Of a DNA stretch of 64,000 nt, positions 24,270 through 38,325 are shown one piece after another (position 1 is the first letter of the stretch; every line of letters starts with the position of its first letter). The position numbers and the translations under genes were made by a program. The stretch covers positions 32,798,001 to 32,862,000 of the forward strand of contig OZ024742.1 of NCBI GenBank assembly GCA_964016885.1. The letters are read 5' to 3'. The DNA is from Eledone cirrhosa (taxonomy: Eukaryota). Below the pieces are notes generated by a model. That model worked only from the letters and a program-made list of their open reading frames with translations. It ran no database searches and had not been told where the DNA came from.

Positions 24270-25315
24270 TACAAGGTCTGTTGAAAGAGTATTTCACTTT
24301 ATTTTTTCCATGGGAAGTAATGATATTAGAGTGACAGAAGTGTGCAGAGTGGAGCTGCATACATTCATGCATATGTGTAGTTTTGGTGATCTTGATGGTT
24401 GCATCAGTCACTGTTAGATAGCCAGCGTGTCAAGTTCTGTACTACTCACTCATCATATTCTCATTTTATCAAATACTGCCAACAAGAATCCAGTGATAAC
24501 TGGAAAGGAGACATGGGTGTATGGGTATAACCCAGAAACCTAAGTTCAATTATCCCAATGGAAGCATCTAATCTTGCCAAAGCTCAAAAAAGCATGTCAG
24601 GTGTGGAGCAAAGTTTAACCCTTTCAGTAAAGGTTTTACCTCACATAATATCGAATCTATGAGATTTTGATGACATTTTGATAACAATACCTTAACATCA
24701 GTATGAATGGCTAGTTATAGCCAGTTTGGACAGAAAGAGGTGAGAGAATTCTGGCCAGATACGGCTGGTTTAAATACTAAAGGGTTAAGTGATGCTGACT
24801 GTTTTCTTTGACAACTGAAGTGTAAGGTATCATGAATACACACCAAAAGGACAAGCAGTTACAAAAGAACAATATCAGGAAGTCTTCTGACATCTTTGTT
24901 ATGCAGTTCAGTGGTCTTTGTAAAACAGGCAGTGGCATTCTGACAATACCATGGCTCATTTGTTGTAACTTATCCAAGGTTTCTTGTCAAAGAAAGGCAT
25001 TTAGTTCATTCACCAGGTTCCCTACTCGGTAGACATATCTCCTTCTGACTTATGGTTGTTATAAAAAATGAAGATACTCTTGAAAGGCTCCCACTTTTAG
25101 AGGCAAGGGGAAATCATGTGGACTGTGATGGCAAAGCTGAGAGCCATTTCAGAAGAATCTTTCCAGATGTGCTTGAAACACTGATAAGATTACAGGTCTA
25201 AGTGTGTGGAGGTACAAGGGGCCTACTTAAAAGGGGATTAGTAATTGAACCCCATTAATCCACATGAATTCTTTTTTCCAGCCTAAAGCTGAATACCTTT
25301 CCAACAAGCCTTGTA
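24270..25315 (+). mobile_element. Decayed mariner transposon
   Basis: Terminal repeats TACAAGGTCTGTTGAAA / TTTCCAACAAGCCTTGTA. Remnants ITGKETWVYGYNPET, VMLTVFFD and a YSPDLAP-like YSVDISPSDLWL. Confidence 0.85.
24615..24788. mobile_element. piggyBac-like MITE inserted in the mariner transposase
   Basis: TTAA-CCCTT...AAGGG-TTAA; transposase sequence resumes on both sides. Confidence 0.85.
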
Positions 25316-25501
25316 TTCATTTCATTTCATTTCATGAATGTATAAGTATAAATATGCACATATATATATATATACACCCATACAAGCATGGAAAAACAGG
25401 CATAAAAAGATGACGATGATTATGAATATATATTATGTTATATATGTATGTGTGTATGTATATATATATGCCTGTGTGTGTGTGTGAATATATGAACATG
25501 A

Positions 25502-25755
25502 GGTTAACTTAAGAAACATTGGTAAAATTTAAAATGTAGTCAGTCCAACATAAATGACTATAATAATAGTCAATCACTATAAATAATGGCTGAGATAATT
25601 GGATAAAGTTTCCTTGGAGATGGAAAAAGTGGACTGAGGCACATTTATCTATTTTTTCCCATTTCTTAAGGGTACTTTATTTGATTTTCTTTAATATTTA
25701 TAGTGATCAACTACTGTTATAGTCATTTACTTTAGGATGACTACATTTTAAATTT
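25502..25755. repeat. Imperfect palindrome (25525-25755) with a left tail
   Basis: AAATTTAAAATGTAGTCA ... TGACTACATTTTAAATTT; the tail matches 26274-26301 reversed. Confidence 0.8.
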
Positions 25756-25777
25756 CATATATATATATATATATATA

Positions 25778-26025
25778 TGAATGTATGTATAGTATATTTG
25801 GCAATATACTGTATGTTTAATTAAAAACATTTAGAAGACCATATGCTACCAGTTTTAAAGTAGGGATCACTCTCTATTGTTATTTGCTGAGAATAAGTGA
25901 CATAGTCACTACTTTAAAACTGGTAGCGTATGGTCTTCTAAATGTTTTTAATTAAACATACAGTATATTGCCAAATATACTATATATACATTCATGTATA
26001 CATCGCTATTTCAGAGCACCAATAC
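25778..26025. repeat. Near-perfect palindrome (25778-25994, about 85-bp arms) with a right tail, in (TA)n
   Basis: TGAATGTAT...CTACCAGTTTTAAAGTAG is mirrored by CTACTTTAAAACTGGTAG...ATACATTCA. Confidence 0.92.
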
Positions 26026-26145
26026 TTATATATATATATGCATGTGTGCATATATGTGTGTACACATATTATGCATAAGTACATACATAAATGTCAGTAT
26101 GCAAATAAATGAATAAATACTATATATATACATATATATATATTT

Positions 26146-26301
26146 GAAATGTGTGTCCTCCAATGTGAATGACTGTAATAATAGTCAATCACTATAAATA
26201 ACAGTTGAGAAAATTGTGTTAAGTATTGATTGACTATTATTGTGCTCCTTCACATTGGGACACATACATTTCCAATTTCACCAATGATTCCTAAGTCAAC
26301 C
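26146..26301. repeat. Imperfect palindrome with a right tail, same family as 25502
   Basis: Shares ATAATAGTCAATCACTATAAATAA and the tail sequence with 25502. Confidence 0.75.
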
Positions 26302-26374
26302 ACACACACACATATATATTTACATATATGTGTGTGTGTATATATCTATATCTATATACACACACACTCACAAA

Positions 26375-27798
26375 CAGGGTACGGATTTCAAATTGGCATC
26401 TCTTTTTAGACAAAAAGTAAAATACTATTTTGAAAGCTATGATGTAAACTAATATTGCATTCTTTTCATATTGTATCTGACTTCAAAAAGTGGTAAACCT
26501 GACAGATTAAAAGAATACAAGTGGTCTAAGGAGTGGGAAAGTAAGATGGTGGTGTATACAGTTTGTGCCAGAATGAATGACAAGGCCATTGTTGACAACT
26601 TAAAGCTCCCACTGTGCACAGTCCAGAGAAGGAAGAAGGAGTTAGAGGAGAGTAACTTTGATGTTGACACTAGGCAAACTCAATCACAATAAATAGATGA
26701 GGGATGCTGATTTCATCCAGAAAGTTGAGCATTCATTGAGAAGGATTCCCTCCATTGAGATATGTGAGATAGCCAGGCAACTGGGCTCTGATGAGCAGAC
26801 TATTAGGATTTATGTGAATGCAGACCTTCGTTACAAATATTACAAGATGCAGACATGACAGCTGCTCACTCAGAAGTCCAAGGAGTACCGTGCAAAGAGG
26901 GCCAAGATACTATTGAACATGTGGTTTTTCTCAGTAAAATAAAAAGATTTTGTGAGAACAAGGCATGCAATAAGCAAAATAACAGAACACCAGCCCACGT
27001 GATGTTCCTAGAGTCATGAAAACAAAGTTTCCTGACCATATCGTGGTTTTTGGTGTGATCAGCAGTGAGAGACATATTATGCCCTCTCACATCTTTAAAG
27101 TGGACCTTAAGGTGAATCAGGATGTGTACCTGGGGTTCTGGAGACTGTAGTGAAGCACTGGATTGAAGATGTGGCAGCCCTTATTCTGCACCTGCACACA
27201 CACCCAGGAGGACTCAAAAATGTCTCTCGGTCAACTTTTATGGTCATGTCAGCCCGGATATGTGGCCTCCTAACTCTCCAGACTGCAATCCTCTGGACTA
27301 TTTTTTCTGTGATGCGACGAAGATAGTCACCAACAAGACTGCCTGCAACACCATGAACAAGTTGAAGCAGCACGTCTGCCAGGCATTTCAAGATTTGCCA
27401 GCTGCAACAAGTGAAACATGCCTGTTCCTGATTCTGAGGTTGCCTTGATGAAGTTATTAAATCTGGCAGGGATTACATTAAATAATTTTGTTGTATACAG
27501 GTCTAATAACTTTGTGTATTTTGAATTGTCCATAAATGTTCTTCTTCGCCCACTCATTCCTGAGAGTGTCGTGGGGGAAGAGTCCTGAAACACTCCTAGC
27601 AGGTCCTGTCTAAAGCACCACCTCAAACCAATCCAGCTGGATCCCCAAGCGAGACCAGCCAAGCTCATGGATGTTATCCAAGCATCTTGCTCGGGGGTCT
27701 ACCCCTGGGTCTCTTGCCGACTGGTTTTACCCTTAAAGTCTGTCCAGCAATTCTTTCCTGATCTTTGTTGGCCATGCCAATTCTATGTCCGCACCCTG
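26375..27798 (+). mobile_element. Decayed Tc1/mariner-superfamily transposon (maT-like)
   Basis: 25-bp terminal repeats CAGGGTACGGATTTCAAATTGGCAT / ATGCCAATTCTATGTCCGCACCCTG. Remnants VMKTKFP, FGVISSE and WPPNSPDCNPLDY. Confidence 0.85.
27541..27770 (-). mobile_element. RTE (Rex3/Expander-like) 3' fragment nested in the transposon
   Basis: Minus-strand translation includes KPVGKRPRGRP, typical of an RTE C-terminus. Confidence 0.65.
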
Positions 27799-28539
27799 GC
27801 TATACACTAGCACACATCTATATACATTTGTACACAGAAACCGTCTATTGTGCATGAGTTTGTATGAAATGACAGAAATGAAACAGAAAAACCTCACAAC
27901 TAGACTACTGAAGCAACATTGTTGTCTGGTTCAGGCATATATGGATGAGAATTGTTGAGTGTGTGCCTTACCTAAAACCCAAGGTTGAACAACAACAATC
28001 AAAGTAGGTCTCCCCTTCGTGGCTTTCCAGTTGCTTGTTAGAAAGCTAATCTCCCACCGCATAAAATCTACAATGAACTGAGGATCGAGGACTGCAAAAA
28101 AGTGGTGTCGGTCCAGAAACTGTAGATTGAACAAACCATGCAGATTTAATGTCAAAATCTTCCACAAGAACAACAATACCAAAACACCAATGTAAGTAAA
28201 TTAGAAGAGGCATGAATGTTATCAGATCTTTTAAAAAATACTGAGTATTATTTAGTACATATCTATTTGTGTGTGTGTTTGTGTATGCATATATAAATGT
28301 GTATATATATATATGTGTATATACGAGATATATACATTATATATATGTGTAACATAATTAATTTAAAAAAAACTTGGGTGAAGACAATGGAAAACAGATG
28401 AAACACAAGACAGCCCTTTCTCATCAGTCAACCTCTAGAGGTTGTGATTTCAGAGCACGAAGGCTGATATCACTAACCCCAGTGCACATAGGAAAGTAAC
28501 AAATAGATATGTATATATATATATGTATATATGAGTGTG

Positions 28540-28576
<37 letters not shown>

Positions 28577-28628
28577 CATCATCATCATCATTGTTTAACG
28601 TCTATCTTCCAAGCTAGCATGGGTTTAG

Positions 28629-29381
<753 letters not shown>

Positions 29382-29472
29382 TTTTGCGTGTGTGTCACTT
29401 TAACGGCTTGACCGCATGCGTTGGGCAGGGAGCATAATATTTATTTGCTATACCTTATAGCGTGGAAATAGG

Positions 29473-29553
29473 GCTGTCTGAAGATTCATTTCTTTCCATT
29501 GGAAATTCGTTGGATTTCCAATCTTTCGGAATGATGAAACCGTCGGTAACAGC
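29473..29553 (+). ncRNA. Type I hammerhead ribozyme, copy 1
   Basis: GCTGT-CTGAAGA-long stem II-GAAA-CCGTCGG-TA-ACAGC; predicted cleavage after 29548. Confidence 0.85.
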
Positions 29554-29929
29554 ATCTGAACAGGTGATTATTTAATCATTTTTTAATTTATTTAGAAAAT
29601 TGTTTAATAACCGTTTGTTTCGCTACTTTTATATTGTTCTGGTATCTCGAATTAGTGCCATTGAACCACATGTATTATAAACAACTTGAATATTTCTACA
29701 AGTACATTGTACCTGTTGAAGTATCCATCCACTTCTATAATTTATTCTCCTTACGTAGAGAACAAAACGTTGAATAATGCCGCTAATTTTAGTGGCAATT
29801 CGACATGTTTATAATATCCAGCTTTTATCAGCGACCTGATTTGCGTGTGTGTCACTTTAACGGCTTGACCGCATGCGTTGGGCAGGGAGCATAATATTTA
29901 CTTGCTATACCTTATAGCGTGGAAATAGG

Positions 29930-30010
29930 GCTGTCTGAAGATTCATTTCTTTCCATTGGAAATTCGTTGGATTTCCAATCTTTCGGAATGATGAAACCGT
30001 CGGTAACAGC
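29930..30010 (+). ncRNA. Type I hammerhead ribozyme, copy 2
   Basis: Identical to copy 1; predicted cleavage after 30005. Confidence 0.85.
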
Positions 30011-30093
30011 ATCTGAACAGGTGATTATTTAATCATTTTTTTAATTTATTTAGAAAATTGTTTAATAACCGTTTGTTTCGCTACTTTTATATA

Positions 30094-30155
<62 letters not shown>

Positions 30156-30168
30156 CATATATATATAC

Positions 30169-30201
<33 letters not shown>

Positions 30202-30214
30202 CATATATATATAC

Positions 30215-30245
<31 letters not shown>

Positions 30246-30468
30246 CATATATACATACATATATATATATACATATATACATACATATATATATATATAC
30301 ATATATATATATACATATATATATATATACATATATATATATACATATATATATATATACATATATACATATATATATATACATATATACATATATACAT
30401 ATATATATATATACATATATACATATATATATATATACATATATACGTATATACATATATATATATAT

Positions 30469-31073
30469 GGTGGCTGCCAACTCGTTTTCGAGTACGGCCA
30501 CTACTTTATATCCATGTAGGAGAACCCCTACTGATGCGCTGAACGAGTGTGACTTTTTAGTCCAGCCAGGGACTTGAAAACTCTGGTACAAAGACTACAC
30601 TTGTGACAATTATTGACACATAGTGCTGGGCCCATGGTACCATGTGACAAGTGCAGAGAGATCTCCAGATATAAAGCAATGCCTGTGCCGTGAAGCTTTT
30701 ATAGTGAGCAAAGGCACTGCACAAAGCCAGTCCCACTCTCTTAACCAAGATGATATTTACCAAAAAGAAGAACAAGTCAACATCATTGGATACCATCAGG
30801 GTTGCAGGTGTTATATCAGAGTTTTCCTTCTCCTAGAATTCTGCCTTGACAAAGGCTAAGGGGTCATCTCTCCCGGTGATTTTGGATGGCCATTGACTCT
30901 TAAGAGCTCCTTTGCCCTTTGACAGGTTTTGTTTTTAGTCCTGCAGGATGTCCAAAGTCACCCTCCTCACCAAGAAACCTTGGTGGGGTTGCCAGTTTAG
31001 TCGCCAACGACCCGACCATGAGACAGGTTGTACTAGGATACATGTTACCAGTAGCACCAACTGGTGACCTGAC
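30469..31073 (-). mobile_element. Short internally deleted RTE-derived element (5' UTR joined to C-terminal zinc finger and 3' end)
   Basis: An RTE-5'UTR-like GGAGAAGGAAAACTCTGA lies within about 250 nt of a C2H2 remnant ([22 protein letters not shown]). Second copy at 44996. Confidence 0.65.
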
Positions 31074-31137
31074 ATATATACACATATATATATATACATA
31101 TATACGTATATACATATATATATATATACATATATAC

Positions 31138-31168
<31 letters not shown>

Positions 31169-31189
31169 CATATATACATATATATATAT

Positions 31190-31458
<269 letters not shown>

Positions 31459-31459
31459 C

Positions 31460-31502
<43 letters not shown>

Positions 31503-31539
31503 TATATACATATATATATATATATACATATATATATAC

Positions 31540-31578
<39 letters not shown>

Positions 31579-31594
31579 CATACACACACACACA

Positions 31595-31648
<54 letters not shown>

Positions 31649-31672
31649 TAGTTATATATATATATATATATA

Positions 31673-33784
31673 TGAATGATAAAGGTGAGCTTGCCCTCAC
31701 AAGTGCTGAGAAGAAAGATGCATGGAAGAGTCATTATGATAGATTACTAAATGAGGAGAATGCATGGGAAGAAGAGACCCTATCCCAAGTAGACCCTATA
31801 GAGGGGCCAGCAGTACAAGTCTGCAGCAGCGTAGTAAGTAAGGTAATCAAAGACATGAAGATGGGGAAGGCAACTGGTTCATCAGGTATAGCTGCCGAGA
31901 TGCTGAAGGCATCAGGGGCTGTAGGTCACACTATAACCACACGTGTTGTTAACCAGGTAATACTAGAAGGTGTCATACCAAAAGATTGGTGCAGTAGCAT
32001 CATTGTCAACTGCTACAAAGGTAAAGGTGATGCACTCGATAGAGGAAACTATAGAGGTATAAAGCTGATGGACCAGGTCATGAAAGTAACAAAAAGAGTT
32101 ATAGCACAGTTGATTAGGGACCGGGTGAAACTAGATGAGATGCAATTTGGGTTTGTACCAGGAAGAGGCACCACTGATGCCCTCTTCCTTGTGAGGTAGT
32201 TACAGGAAAAGTACCTAGCTAAAAGTAAGCCACTCTACCTGGCATTCGTCGATCTCGAGAAAGCCTTTGACAGAGTTCCACATGCAGTAATCTGGTGGGC
32301 TCTTAGAAAACTAGGAGTAGATGAATGGCTTGTGAAAGCGGTACAAGCCATGTATAGGGGAGCAGTCAGCAAAGTTAGGATTAGCAATGAGTATAGCGAG
32401 GAATTTAGCGAACAGGTTGGTGTCCACCAGGGCTCTGTTCTTAGCCCCCTCCTGTTCATCATAGTCCTGCAGGCAATAACGGAGGAGTTTAAGACTGGAT
32501 GCCCATGGGAACTCCTGTATGCTGATGACCTCACACTCATAGCTGAATCTATGGTAGAACTAGAGAATAAATTCCAAACATGGAAGCAGGGACTAGAAAG
32601 AAAGGGTCTCAAAGTCAACATGACAAAGACTAAGGTCCTTGTAAGTAGACGAGAAAACAGAACCCAGATCCCCTCAGGGAAATGGCCTTGCTCAGTATGT
32701 AGGAAAGGTGTAGGTAGGAACTCCATTCTCTGCCCCAAATGCAAACAATGGGTACACAAGAGATGTAGCGGGATCTCAGGAAACTTAATTAAGAATGTAG
32801 GCTTCACATGCAGCAGCTGTGCTGAGACAGCAAGCAGCAAACAGTCACAGAAAACAAGTACCACCAATCTCTGGGAGGGCTCTGTAGAAACAGTAGACAG
32901 CTTCTGCTACCTAGGTGACCGAATTAGCAGTGGAGGTGGGTGTTCAGAAAGTACAATAACTAGGGTAAGAACGGGATGGAAGAAGTTTAGGGAACTACTA
33001 CCACTGCTAGCTGCAAAAGGCTTCCCCTCAAAATGAAAGGCAGACTGTATGATGCGTGTATCCGAACAGCAATGTTGCATGGTAGTGAGACCTGGGCGCT
33101 GAAGGTGGAAGACTTACGTAGATTAGAGAGAAACGAAGCCTGCATGCTCCGATGGATGTGTAACAGTAATATACGTGAACGACAAAGCATAAATAAATTG
33201 AGAGAGAGACTGAGCATAAGAGGAATCAAATGCTGTGTGCAGGAGAGGCGGTTGCGCTGGTATGGACATGTGATGCGTATGAAGGATGACAGCTGCATAA
33301 AAAGGTGCAGTGCACTAGAATCCGATGGAAACCGCGGAGTGGGGAGACCCAAGATGACCTGGGATGAGGTGATAAAAGCCGACCTTACCCAATTACACCT
33401 CTCAAAGGCAATGACACACGACCGTGACTTCTGGCGTCACGCAGTAATACAGAGTACCCGACCTCCCATGGGTACAAGCTGAAGCATATAGACAATATGC
33501 CCCCACACCTCCCACCGAAAGGTGGTCGTGGAGGTGCCACGGCAAAAAAGCACCCAGCCCACACTGTAAAGTGGACGTGTAGGCGCCACGAAAAAGCACC
33601 CAGCACTCACTGTAAATGAGGTTGGTGTTAGGAAGGGCATCCAGCTGTAGAAATCGAGCCAAATCAGTTCCTGTATGAGCAAGGCATGGTCAGCCGACCA
33701 GACACTGCCCACAACAGGACAACCCGTCTAACCCATGCTAGCATGGAAGAACGGACGTAAAACGGTGATGATGATGATGATGAT
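31673..33784 (+). mobile_element. RTE family B, 5'-truncated pseudogene
   Basis: RT motifs plus PHD finger; stop at 32197-32199, frameshift near 33030, (GAT)n tail. Confidence 0.93.
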
Positions 33785-33866
33785 ATATATAAACACATAT
33801 ATATACACATATATATATATATATATATACACATATATATACATATATATATATACATATATATAC

Positions 33867-33897
<31 letters not shown>

Positions 33898-34486
33898 CAT
33901 ATATATATATACATATATATATATACATATATATATATATACACATATATATATACATATATATATATATACACATATATATATATACATATATATATAC
34001 ACATATATATATACACATATATATATACACATATATATATATACACATATATATATACACACATATATATATACATATATATATATACATATATATATAT
34101 ATACATATATACACATATATATATATATCCATATATATATAGACATATATATATAGACATATATATATACACATATATATATATACATATATATATATAC
34201 ATATATATATATACATATATATATACACATATATATATATACATATATATATACACATATATATATATACATATATATATATATACATATATATATACAC
34301 ATATATATATATACATATATATATATACATATATATACATATATATATATATATACATATATATATACATATATATATACATATATATATATACATATAT
34401 ATATACATATACATATACATATATATACATATACATATATATATACATATACATATATATACATATACATATATATATACATATAC

Positions 34487-34517
<31 letters not shown>

Positions 34518-34539
34518 CATATATATATACATATATATA

Positions 34540-37200
34540 TGTAGTGACCTACATTCCGCGGGCTCACATACATTCTCTGTGCGTGATTTGGCTCAGTTCA
34601 GCCAATCAGCGCCAGTAGAAGAGGATGTATCCCTACGCGCCCTGAGGAAGAAATTCCCCGCGAAGATTTGAAGAATCTCTCTCTTGTACCAGAAACTTCG
34701 AGCCAGCAACACGCATAGTGTAGCAGTGAGATATTGCACCCCTCGCCTCGCCGGCTTAACGGCGCAATGGCACATTCCCTTTTGTAACCTCTTTTTATCT
34801 GTAACTTCAACCATATAAATAAACAAACATTTCATCTCTAATTACTGCTGTTGAGATCGTTATTATGTTACTCGTGTCTCAATGGCATCTTTAATCCATG
34901 CTGCTGGAATTGGCGACCTGACGAAAGGAATATTGTAAATAGATGGTAAATAGATCGAGGGACCTTCCCTCACGTCTATGTTGACAAGATAATCCAACGA
35001 GGATACTATCACTTACCACACTGGCAACTAACGACCACTGATTCTACCACCCTGCTAAAGTGGCGACTACTCTATAACCAATACTGCTAAAGTGGTGACC
35101 GACGTAAGAATATCACGCAGCCCTTCTTATTCATTCAGTTTAACTTTTATTGCCACGTCGCAACTTGCGAAAATCCAGAATATTCCTTTTAAGATTTTTG
35201 AAAAATTAGCAGTATTTCAAAAACTTTTTCGCCACGAAAAAATTTCAAGATGGCTACCGACATGTCATGGCTACGCTTGACAACAACAATGACAGCAGCA
35301 GCGACAGCGTTGTTTAACCACTGACCAATACAGGGAACAGTGAGTGGCAGCTTCATAACCTTACCAACGCCAACCACCACACATCGGAAATTTCAAAACG
35401 GCTTGTAACTTTACTGACGCAACCACCATACCTTCTGTCTCGTTACCACAGGGACGCGAGAAATTGAGACAGTAGTTTTCTCACCATTATGGCGTCAGAC
35501 GTGACTGTCATATTTGGTGACTCCTACTCTACAGAAGATTCTTTGACATTGCTTTAACAATAAGCAACACTACCGTGTGGCGGGACGGTAAGATAGCCAC
35601 AAAATCTCACAAAAACACCATACATCTAACCCCTAACGGCATTAACAAACTTCTTTTTTAGTTTTCAGATAGAACTAGTGTCTGTACACTGGTGATGTGT
35701 GAACTATTTGACTTTGAAAAACTTTGAACTTATTGAGCAATTTCTCTGCTCCCCTAGATTGACTTTGAATTATCAGTTTGTTACATTCACATATTTCTTT
35801 GTAGAATGCATTTACTTGTTTTTTGCTATTTGCTTGCTCATGGTTTTTGTTTATTCACATTCTTTGCTGTTTTACATGCCTGCATATGCACACATTTTTT
35901 TTATCACACATCAACATGTTGTTCTTGGTATATGTTCTTCAAACGTCCCTTTTCACCTGGTTGAGATGCTGGCAGCTCACAGAGCTTAATCCACTGGATT
36001 CAAACAGTCACCGCAACACGAGAATACTAATTGCAGCTGAACTCAAACAGCTTCGCATCTCGTTGCACACTGATCGTCCATGACGGCCATCCGTTTTGTT
36101 GTTTTTGCCCGACTCGCTGGGAAAGCAACAAATTGAACTGGACTTGTTAGCATTTCGGCCACTTCTGTGGGTTCGCCCGAATTATGGAATTTACACTGCA
36201 ACCCACCTACAGATTAAACTTGCCTTTTGTTCTTTACAAAGCAACCAGCCATTTTTTCCTGGCTCCACATCACATTCGACAATACATCTGGGGGCCATCA
36301 TTTTCTCGCCAGCACTGGTAAACTACCATAATAGCTTCGTTCACAGCTACTGGTACAACGCTTACCATTAACATTTAATGCAAGAACAGCAACTCCGCCC
36401 ATGTCAGACTTTATCCGTTTTTTTGTTAGACCTTTGGCGGTCACGTATAAACAACAAAACAACTGGTCATTTGACACAGCGGCTCAACACGGCCCGTAGC
36501 GCCTAATTTTTTGTTCTTGCATGCAACCTTCTGCTCAATTATTTTTTCACTGATGTGCTCTTTCAGCATTTGTTCTTGCTGATTTAATAATATGTGGGTC
36601 CTTGGTTTCTTCGTTATCGATTTTCGGCTGAAAATCTGGTTGGAGGTGATGTAGTGACCTACATTCGGCGGGATCACATACATTCTCTGTGCGTGATTTG
36701 GCTCAGTTCAGCCAATCAGCGCCAGTAGAAGAGGATGGATCCCTACGCGCCCTGAGGAAGAAATTCCCCGCGAAGATTTGAAGAATCTCTCTCTTGTACC
36801 AGAAACTTCGAACCAGCAACACGCATAGTGTAGCAGTGAGATATTGCACCCCTAGCCTCGCCGGCTTAACGGCGCAATGGCACATTCCTTTTGTAACCTC
36901 TTTTTATCTGTAACTTCAACCATATAAATAAACAAACATTTCATCTCTAATTACTGCTGTTGAGATCGTTATTATGTTACTCGTGTCTCAATGGCATCTT
37001 TAATCCATGCTGTTGGAATTGGCGACCTGACGAAAGGAATATTGTAAATAGATGGTAAATAGATCGAGGGACCTTCCCTCACGTCTATGTCGACAAGATA
37101 ATCCAACGAGGATACTATCACTTACCACACTGGCAACTAACGACCACTGATTCTACCACCCTGCTAAAGTGGCGACTACTCTATAGCCAATACTGCTAAA
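34540..37200 (+). mobile_element. Non-autonomous Gypsy-like LTR retrotransposon
   Basis: LTRs 34540-35091 and 36650-37200 start TGTAG and differ at about 9 positions by eye. PBS-like TGGTGACCGACGT at 35093, PPT-like GGTTGGAGGTGA before the 3' LTR, AATAAA inside the LTR, no intact internal ORF. Confidence 0.85.
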
Positions 37201-37219
37201 CATATATATATACATATAC

Positions 37220-37250
<31 letters not shown>

Positions 37251-37429
37251 CATATATATACATATATATATATACATATATATATATACATATATATACA
37301 TATATATATATACATATATATATATACATATATATACATATATATATATACATATATATATATACATATATATACATATATATATATACATATATATACA
37401 TATATATACATATATATACATATATATAC

Positions 37430-37480
<51 letters not shown>

Positions 37481-37481
37481 C

Positions 37482-37558
<77 letters not shown>

Positions 37559-37559
37559 C

Positions 37560-37612
<53 letters not shown>

Positions 37613-37883
37613 CATATATATATATACATATATATACATATATATACACATATATATACATATATAGATACACATATATAAATATATACATATATAGATA
37701 CACATATATATATATATATACACATATATATATATATATATATATACATATATATATAGATATGTATATATATATATATATACATATATACATATATATA
37801 CACATATATATACATATATATATATACATATACATATATATACGCATATACATATATATATACATATATACATATATATATAT

Positions 37884-38313
37884 CAAGTAAGTATGTTTTG
37901 AAACAGTGAGCGAGTTTGAAATTAGAAAATATATAGCTTTCACCGTATTTTTAACTAAAGGAATTTTAGCTTGATAACGGGGTTTAGAACCCTGAGATAA
38001 ATGGAAAAAGATGAGTATTGACGCATCATCATCATCATCATCATCATCAGGTTTAGCGTCCGTGTTCCACGCTTGCATGGGTTTGGACGGGGGTTTTCCC
38101 ACTTGAGGCAAGAGTGGTTGTCTTGCTCGCATAGGACTGTCTGGCGGGTTTTCTACAGTTGGATGCCCTTCCTAACACCAACCACATTTACAGTGTGGGC
38201 ACTCACAGTGCGTCAATACTCATCTTTTTCCATTTATCTCAGGGTTCTAAACCCCGTTATCAAGCTAAAATTCCTTTAGTTAAAAATACGGTGAAAGCTA
38301 TATCTTTTCTAAT
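37884..38313. repeat. Palindrome (arms 37921-38025 and 38209-38313) with an RTE-A 3' fragment in its loop
   Basis: 105-bp arms with one mismatch. The insert 38026-38199 matches 12091-12262. Confidence 0.92.
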
Positions 38314-38325
38314 ATATATATATAT

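Larger units (their letters stand above)
29383..30091 (+). mobile_element. Retrozyme-like or Penelope pseudo-LTR element: 252-bp direct repeats with a 457-bp period
   Basis: 29383-29634 and 29840-30091 are nearly identical and each carries a hammerhead. No ORF; (TA)n flanks. Confidence 0.8.

Noticed and set aside
27900-28197. Possible plus-strand exon ending at GTAAGT
   Set aside because: No sustained open frame; it looks more like a decayed LINE 5' fragment.
35699-36371. ORFs inside the LTR element
   Set aside because: No intact gag, RT or integrase motifs; only faint integrase-like hints.
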